A stretch of 62,413 bases of DNA, filler included, from Corallochytrium limacisporum Hawaii (lineage: Eukaryota; Protista; Pluriformea): NCBI GenBank assembly GCA_002811645.1. It is 4 parts of 4 records of this genome, joined end to end, with 100 filler letters (N's around TTAATTAATTAA, not from the genome) between each part and the next. Parts side by side here need not be neighbours in the genome. Positions count along the whole stretch, not along the records: positions 55,198 to 62,413 come from PDIP01000205.1; 3 more parts are not named here. One strand, written 5' to 3'. The position numbers were made by a program, and so were the translations under genes. Numbering within the stretch: the first letter of the stretch is position 1; each line of letters starts with the position of its first letter. The notes beneath the pieces are model-generated. The model saw only the letters and a program-made list of their open reading frames with translations, ran no database searches and was not told the origin of the DNA. Shown here piece by piece: positions 55,198-62,413 of this stretch.

Positions 55198-55516
55198 AAA
55201 TCAAATGTGATAAGATTTATTTGATTCAAAGAAGGTTGCGACCCTATAAACCTAAATTCCTCCTTAACTTATGGGGCAGAGGTTGGTACATAGTAGATGG
55301 AGGGCAATCAGAAAGGGTGAGCGGAGCGGTGCGGCAGGGGATCCATTTTGAACATGTCATACATTTGCTATGAAAGTAACGTTATCTATTCTGAGGCTAG
55401 AATGGCTATACCTAAAACGCGACCGGTTCTGACATAATGATGTTGATAGCTGTCGGAGTGTGTACGTATCGCTCAAAAGGTGTAGTGCGAAGTAGTCCAT
55501 CGCCTTTCCTGCCTGT

Positions 55517-58500
55517 TTAGCCGCTGCCAAACGGTCCTGAACGCGTGGCATTGCTGCGCCGATTGGTATCAGGCATGCGTCCGTCTCCAGTGCTGTTGCT
55601 ACGGGCCAGCTGGCTGCCACTGTTCGTTTGCAAGTACGAAGTGTCCATGCTCGGGTTACGGGAGTGACGGCGGGAGGCGCGGGAAGGGGAGCGCATCGGA
55701 CTGGACCCATCAGCAGACACCAGGGGGTAGTGCGAATCAAAGCCAATGGGCTGCATTGGAGGCATGTAGGAGACTTTCAGATCTTCCATGACCTGCTTCA
55801 TGAACAGGAACAGGCCAGTGCGACGCAATTGGGCACGGCCATACTCCTGCCAGTTGTCTTTACCCTCTACCCAGACATTGATGGCCAGCAGGTTGTCGCG
55901 GTGGGCCAGATCCTGGACGGTGAACAGGTTGTCAGGATACCAGTCTGTGCTCTTCGCCTTGAGGTAGCGAGAGATGGCGTTCTTAAGGGCATGGATCTTC
56001 CAGGTCGGAGTTCCGGCGCTGATCCAGAGGTCGAACGACTCGGCCATATCCGGAGAGCGGCGAAGGTTGGAAATCATCAGATCATTAAGATCAGCGTTAG
56101 AGGCAATGACAATCTCACCGTTCGGCTTCCGCAGAGTGGTGGACAGGAAATCGATGTTGCGCACGAAATAGTGCGTGTCACGGATGACCACACGGTCCTC
56201 GACATCAAACGGATGCACAAAGAAGAGGAAGACCGCAGACTCGAAGTAGCGGCGCAAGGTATTGCCAAAGATAAAGGCATAGGCGACAATGATCGCCGAG
56301 ATGGAAACCAGGACCTCGTTAATGTTCACACCAAAGATGAACAACCAGCACCAGATCAAAATAAAGACAGCAATGGAGTCCATGAAAGCGCTCATTTGGC
56401 CAATCACAATCTCGGACGTTTCCAAGGACTTGTTGTAACTGCGTTTCTCGCGTTTCATGCTGATAACAATGTCGCGCATTTCGCGATATGTCACCCCACC
56501 GCTCTTGTCCAGATCAAAGATGCCAAAGGCCTCACGGCACGAGTCTGGGTGAATGTGACGGAGCAGGTCATCAATCACAATTTCTTCCGCCTTAGCATTG
56601 CGCAGATTGTTAAAGATGGACTTGGCCAGCTTCTTACCACTCTGGATCAGCTGGTCCGTCGTCATAACACGCTCGGTCAGCCAATCCTCGCGGATAATAT
56701 CCTCAAATTTGAGCTGGTCCAGCCAGGTCAGAGTACGCGGCAGCTTCAGGCGCGGATCGAAGTGCTGGTAACCTTGGAGGAAAACATCGTTGAAGAGGGC
56801 GTTCTCATCCGAGCCCTTGTGGGGGTCGTCGTATTCGCTCAACGGCGGCATCTTGTGCCGGGGAATGGACAATTGATTCAGAATGAGGTAGCTACGGCGA
56901 CTCTCGTAGAGGGTGCGAAGGTAGAAGCGGGTGCGCTTGAACTGCATCGCAGCAATGGCCAACAGGACGCCCTTTCCCATGAACACGGCGAACGTTACCA
57001 CCAGGGAAGTCAGTAAGGGAATAATGAAACCTGCATCACCCTGCTGGTTCACCTGGAACAGGGTTGGTGTCAAGACCAGCATGACCACCGACCACAACAG
57101 GTAGCCCGTGTATGGGCGGAGAAAGCGCCAAAAGTGGATAAGCAGACGTGTGGCACCGATGCGGAATGCGAAGATGATGTGTGCCACGAATGCAGACGCC
57201 AAATTGGCCGCAAACATAAAGTGCAGCAGGGCCATTGACCAAGACACCCACCGCAGGCCGTCCTGCTTATTGTCAAAGTGCCATTCCCAGATGGCGAATG
57301 GAACCCAGAAGAGAGGCAGAGTGTACAACGTCCACCGCAACCAACGCTGCGTCCACGGGTCCCATTCGGCAAAGGGCACGGGTGCGAGAGCTGCCCTCAC
57401 GCGCTTGGCAGACCGCTTGCTCTTGGATCGCAGACTGCGGCGCCTCAGAGTGCCGTGTAGACCGAGATCAGAGCCGACTATCGACGGCACCTCTGCGTCG
57501 TCAGCTTCGGGGAAGTACTCGAGTTCCACGGAACCCTCTTCGATGTTGTCAGTCTCCTTCCGCTTTTGCTCAAAGTAGTAACCGGGGCTGGCCTCACGGT
57601 TCATCTCCTCGTAGGAACGGTACTGACGCGCAGTGCGCAGCTCTTCCATAGCATCACCGTTAATGTACGACATCTGCTCACTCTCAACTGCCAAGGCGGC
57701 ATCATCCATATCCCGCCGCCGACGTGAATTACCCATGGACAGAGGTCGGTTCCTTTGCGCCTTCGCCTCCATCTCATCGGCTTCTGTTAGCATGCGCGGT
57801 CCGTCTGTGTCACCCACACTGGCCCGGCGCGTGCCCATTGAAGAGTTTTGTGCCATAGGCGTGCCACGGCTGTCCGTCTGTGTGCCCATCTTGCCGGCCC
57901 GGCCGGTGCCAGGTGATGACTCCGGATCGGAGCCGGTCTTTGGGACGGGCACATCTATGGCACCACCAGTCTTTCGCATCATAGTGGGACTCTCGGTATT
58001 GAGGTCGGCGGCAACCACACCAAGTTCCTCGCTCCTCTTCATCTTCTGGTTCATCTTCATGAACTGTTTCTCTGCGGCGGTCTCGTCCATGGCGGCAAAC
58101 TGGACGCGGTGCTTCTTGTCCATTTGCGCAGCCTCCTCAAAGACATCCATATCCTGGTCGGAGTCATCACTATCCCGAGCGGTTGGGATGCCCGATCCTT
58201 CCTTATTAAGCATGCGGTCGCCGATACCGCCAGCTAGCTCATCAATGACATCTCTGCTTTTGCTCACCTTGCTTCTGGTCAACATTTCTCGCGTGCCTGT
58301 GACTGCTCCTTTGCTATCCTTCTTGCTCGTCCCATCGCTCCGCTGACTCGATGCGCCGGAGCGCAGGCTGAGGGAGGTCTGCTTGCCCCTGCGCAGTGAA
58401 CCGACTGAACCGCCAATGGACTCGCCTTGGCTGTCCCGCAGAGGCATGGGGCTGCCACCGCGGGAGCCAGGTGTGCGACGACTCGGAGAAAGTGGGGACC

Positions 58501-58633
58501 TGCCCCCTTGCTTTCGAGTGGGACTCGTGACTGGGTTCCTGCTGCTGGTGGCTTCGCTCACATCAATGAGGTCAGCATGCGGCATATCTAGAGCCACTGC
58601 GTCAGGTTTTGTGAGTGGTTCAGAGTCGCTCAT
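55517..58633 (-). CDS. MscS-like mechanosensitive channel with EF-hand (fungal Msy1/Msy2-type architecture)
   Basis: AFIFGNTLRRYFESAVFLFFVHPFDVEDRV, LSTT, SNADL..ISNLRRSPDM; EF loop DLDKSGGVTYRE; extra N-terminal TM helices; long disordered N-terminus. Confidence 0.92.
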   Translation of the reverse strand: MSDSEPLTKPDAVALDMPHADLIDVSEATSSRNPVTSPTRKQGGRSPLSPSRRTPGSRGGSPMPLRDSQGESIGGSVGSLRRGKQTSLSLRSGASSQRSDGTSKKDSKGAVTGTREMLTRSKVSKSRDVIDELAGGIGDRMLNKEGSGIPTARDSDDSDQDMDVFEEAAQMDKKHRVQFAAMDETAAEKQFMKMNQKMKRSEELGVVAADLNTESPTMMRKTGGAIDVPVPKTGSDPESSPGTGRAGKMGTQTDSRGTPMAQNSSMGTRRASVGDTDGPRMLTEADEMEAKAQRNRPLSMGNSRRRRDMDDAALAVESEQMSYINGDAMEELRTARQYRSYEEMNREASPGYYFEQKRKETDNIEEGSVELEYFPEADDAEVPSIVGSDLGLHGTLRRRSLRSKSKRSAKRVRAALAPVPFAEWDPWTQRWLRWTLYTLPLFWVPFAIWEWHFDNKQDGLRWVSWSMALLHFMFAANLASAFVAHIIFAFRIGATRLLIHFWRFLRPYTGYLLWSVVMLVLTPTLFQVNQQGDAGFIIPLLTSLVVTFAVFMGKGVLLAIAAMQFKRTRFYLRTLYESRRSYLILNQLSIPRHKMPPLSEYDDPHKGSDENALFNDVFLQGYQHFDPRLKLPRTLTWLDQLKFEDIIREDWLTERVMTTDQLIQSGKKLAKSIFNNLRNAKAEEIVIDDLLRHIHPDSCREAFGIFDLDKSGGVTYREMRDIVISMKREKRSYNKSLETSEIVIGQMSAFMDSIAVFILIWCWLFIFGVNINEVLVSISAIIVAYAFIFGNTLRRYFESAVFLFFVHPFDVEDRVVIRDTHYFVRNIDFLSTTLRKPNGEIVIASNADLNDLMISNLRRSPDMAESFDLWISAGTPTWKIHALKNAISRYLKAKSTDWYPDNLFTVQDLAHRDNLLAINVWVEGKDNWQEYGRAQLRRTGLFLFMKQVMEDLKVSYMPPMQPIGFDSHYPLVSADGSSPMRSPSRASRRHSRNPSMDTSYLQTNSGSQLARSNSTGDGRMPDTNRRSNATRSGPFGSG

Positions 58634-59246
58634 GGTTAACCCGTTCTCTAGTCTTCTGGGAACCCCCTATTTCTGTGCTTAGATCCTGCTAAGGCACTGT
58701 CACTCACTGTGACCCATAAGATTTTGTTCAACTTGGTTTACCTCTTTGCAGTCGTACGGGATGGAACTTGTCAGCGCTTGGGAGAACCCATCAAGTTCTG
58801 ACGTATCTCAATTGTTTCTGAGGTATGCCAACTAAATTTACTACCCTTACATATGCCCTTCCTCGTCCTCTTTGACCTCCGTGGATTCCTCACTTTAAAC
58901 ACCATCACGCACCACATGCGAAGTCTTCGCTCCGTCATTTAATCTCCCACCTTCTCACAATGAAGCCGTTATGTCATCAACGCACCCATTCTCCGCAAGC
59001 AACAAGATGGGAAAATTAAACAGACCACCGTCAAACTCAACAACGTGAGGACACACCGCCAAGCAGCAGCAACTTGGCCTCCGTCGACTCTCTCTCTCTG
59101 TTCTTCTCGGGACCAAGATCCCAGCCTTGTGCTGTCGTGTGCAAGTCGCCCGGGTCTCAACAAACCTTTTTCACTGCGCTCCGAATTCCCCCCTTCCCTA
59201 ACCCTCCCACCAGGCCTCAACCTTCGTTCTCGCCTTTTAATTTTCG

Positions 59247-59359
59247 CTCTCTCTCTCTCTCTCTAGCTCTCTAGCTCTCTCGCGCACGAGCCCACCGTAC
59301 GCACGCACGCACGCACGCACTTTCCTAAACTTTTTATTCTGCTCTCCCCTCCCCCACCA

Positions 59360-59390
<31 letters not shown>
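59247..59390. repeat. (CT)n and (GCAC)n simple-repeat cluster upstream of the MscS gene
   Basis: Two CT tracts flanking a GCAC tetramer run. Confidence 0.85.
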
Positions 59391-59393
<3 letters not shown>

Positions 59394-62300
59394 TCCAATT
59401 TCTCAACCGTAACATTCCATCGCGTTCCTTTCTGCTTGGTCGTTTTCTTTTTTTGCAATATTTCGACTTTTCTTTGGTTTATTTTCTCCTTCTTTTTGTT
59501 TGCTGCCCTTTGGCTGAGAATTGACAATGGAAAAATAGTCATTGAGATCTGTTACGTTCCACGGCCGTGTTCCGTAGAGGGACGAGGAGCAGGGCCGCGG
59601 TTGTGTGTTTGCGCGCCTGTCCTCCTGCCCCCTTTTCCTTCCCCTTTCCCCTTTCCCTGCCATTTTACACACTCGATATCCCAATCTCATCCCGTGGGCG
59701 AATGAAAATACTATGGAAAGAGACGCAATGGAGGGTGTGGGTGTGTGTACGGGAGGAGGGATTGGGTCCCTCCCCCTCCCCCCGGGGTCATTCCTCTCCG
59801 TGCGTTGGCAATTGCCCTCTTCCCCCCCCCCTTTTCCTTAGCCACGGTAGTCACCTCGCGTCTCTTTGGGATTTACCAGTCTCCGTAGCAATATACGAAT
59901 AATCACTGAACATTTTCTATAGAATGTGATACGACACATGGCTCCGTTGGTACACACGCAATCGCGAAACACACCACGGGATCATCGCCCGGCCTTTGCC
60001 GATTTCACTCCCCCCCTCCCGCCCGCCTCCCACCTTTTTCCCCGCCTTCCCAACCCACCGCAACACCGCACGCAGCAACTGACAGACAAGCAGTACACTC
60101 TGGGCTCACACCTCGTTCTTTCTCTCTTTGGACGGGACCGCAGCTTGTTATTGCCCAAACCCACCAACAATCTTAATGAGTTTCCCTACGAAATGTATTT
60201 TCATATGGGAACGGAGAATGAAACAGATAAGAATCGAAATATGAAACGCTGCGGGCAAATTTGAACAGACAGGTCTTTACATTTCATGGTCTCTCGCTCC
60301 TTTCTCTTCTCTATATAATAAACTCTCCGGTGTCCCATTTCCCATCGTCCGTCCCCATCTCCCTCCCCCACCCCTGGCTGCAGCTGCTAATACCCCTGAG
60401 CAATATTAGTCCCGTTCCCCGGCCCATATACCACCACCTGCTATATTATACAGGTTAGGAAGCAGCCTCTCCTTTTTTTTTTTAGATATTTTCGTCCCAC
60501 CCACCACCAGGCCGTGGGGTCTCGTTTTTTTTTTGTTGTATTTGGGTATATTCCTAAATTGCCTATATATTATAGATATTGCATGATGGGTTTGTGGTAT
60601 TATGCCCAGGCCAACGGGAGAAAGGGGAGAAAAAAAAACAGGAGACCACCCAAGAACGAAAGTATAAAACTTGCAAAGGAGAAGTAGGGGAGGGTAAAAG
60701 TAGATAAGAAAGAATAAGGATAAAAAATAAGGGGAAAAAACTTGGCGTTGCCTCCGGGTCGTGTGGGAGGGGGGAGGGGCTTCGGTTTGGTTGGTTTCGC
60801 GATACATTCTTAAGGTCGTAAGAGAAGATGAGATCGAATGTTGGGGTGGGACACAAAGCTTGGCTTCGGCGGGGCGTTCCCAGTTCAAACAAATCTCACA
60901 CACGCACAATCGCACACGCAACAAACACCAGCCAGAAGTCACACACATCATCCAGCCACGCCACGGGGAACAATAGTGCCCTACCACCAAACCGCCAAAC
61001 CAACTCAACTCTCAGGCCACCAATCCCTCACTTACGCAAAACAGAAAGTATAGAACTTGGAGACACACTGTCCTGCCAGTATCCAACCCCAACCGAAGCG
61101 AAGCGAAATGACCAAGAATGTACGGGGCTCGTCTCAATTTTTATTCCCAAACACTAATAAAAATTGGGATACAAACCGGAGAAAAGTGGTGCCCTTTCGA
61201 GGGCCCCGGGAGAGAGAGGGGGTGGGGAGAAGAGAAGACAGACCGAGAGAACGATTGAGAGAGCGAGAGAGAGAGTGAGAGAGAGCACAATGAGAGAAAA
61301 AGTGAAAAGGGGAAAATATGAAAAAAAAAACCTACACGTCCGTGCTTTCCTTTTGCACAGTATACCCAACACCGGACGGGACAGACTCTGATCGTCCTGT
61401 TCTCATCTCGGATCTCAGGTGTCTGCTCTCTACACACTCACACACTCACCCACACCCCAATTGCGCGCGCCGATCGTGTGGTGGTGAAGTCTTCATCATG
61501 GCTTTCTATTTTTCGCGAAGAACATTGTCAGTACTGAACCCGGGAGGCACAGGAGTGAGCAAGTTGGCAGACGAGGTGGACAACGGTCCGAAGCCCCAAG
61601 AGAAAGAAAAGAAAAACGGAAGGCGAGCCTTAGGTTTCTTGGGACACAAGGGACCTTCGGCAAAAAAAAAGTCATCGAAATTCTTCCCATTTCCAGTCAA
61701 TCATCCAAAGGTAGTCCTAGGGATCGGAGAAAGAAAGTGAAAAATTGAAATCACATCCTACGAACTATGTCATATATTAAGTACCTGTTCTGAAGGATGA
61801 GAACGCAGACTGGCGGAATCGGAGGGAGGGTGGCACAAAGTTTTTTTTCCTTGTTCCTTGCGGGTTCTGTGCTATGAGCAAGTAGTCCAGGTATTTTACT
61901 CGATTGAGTGCGAAGGCATCAATTACAACGTCGCTATTCCTATAGAATAACTATAGGTATTTCGCCACCGAAGAATCCTGCACCGTCAGGAATCGAGTCG
62001 CAGTTTGCCCCGCGCGGTATGTGCTGAGAAGGAAAGAAAGAAAACCCTGGAAGAAGAAGCGAAGGGAACAAAAGGGAGGGGGACATTGTATGGAGAGCCG
62101 GAGGGACCACCCCTCCCCAAGATCCCACCATCGGCCAGCCAATAGTGTATGTGCACTGACCCTCTCTTTACATCGGAAGGAAGGCGATGGGTATGGACGA
62201 GAAGCTACCATCATTCTAATACTATCTTAGATGGGAGAACCCGAACGCGATACCGCTCCCCCACCGGGGTCTCTGAGCCGTCCTCGGGTCTCAACGCTTG

Positions 62301-62413
62301 GCCCACTCACTCTGCCCAATTTAACTTCTTTCGCTTGGGTGCACTACGATCGTGGCGGTAACGTCCGTGTGTGTTGGGGGGGGGGGGGGGGCAAGCCCAG
62401 TGGGGTCCATGTT

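Noticed and set aside
55628-58346. 462-aa and 237-aa plus-strand ORFs
   Set aside because: Antisense shadows of the MscS gene
58700-62413. Many short ORFs
   Set aside because: Low-complexity purine/pyrimidine tracts and microsatellites; no protein motifs, transposase, reverse transcriptase or terminal repeats seen

Overview
Eukaryotic nuclear DNA from a compact, apparently intron-less genome. About 20 protein genes are each readable as one uninterrupted ORF. The gene mix (PCTAIRE kinase, CDK20, CaMKK, MGAT4-like GT54, class C GPCR, plus fungal-type Pkr1, EF-hand MscS and UFD1-zinc-finger protein) suggests a unicellular opisthokont such as an intron-poor holozoan; this is inference only. A gene-dense block (6.9-32.6 kb) of mostly alternating head-to-head and tail-to-tail genes is followed by long ORF-poor stretches around an aquaporin, then an SDR/acylphosphatase pair, two divergent Golgi-type glycosyltransferase-like genes and an MscS channel. 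The standout is a ~1065-aa class C GPCR whose ectodomain is a bacterial-type BMP/PnrA nucleoside-binding domain plus a six-blade kelch propeller. Also notable: a GT8-like/TTL-like probable pseudoenzyme fusion, several bacterial-looking enzymes (NagD, acylphosphatase, RhlG-like SDR) and a recurrent intergenic CnGn palindrome. Three of the six N gaps contain an artificial TTAATTAATTAA linker. No rRNA, tRNA, CRISPR or recognisable transposon was found. All family calls come from motif recognition by eye, not database searches.
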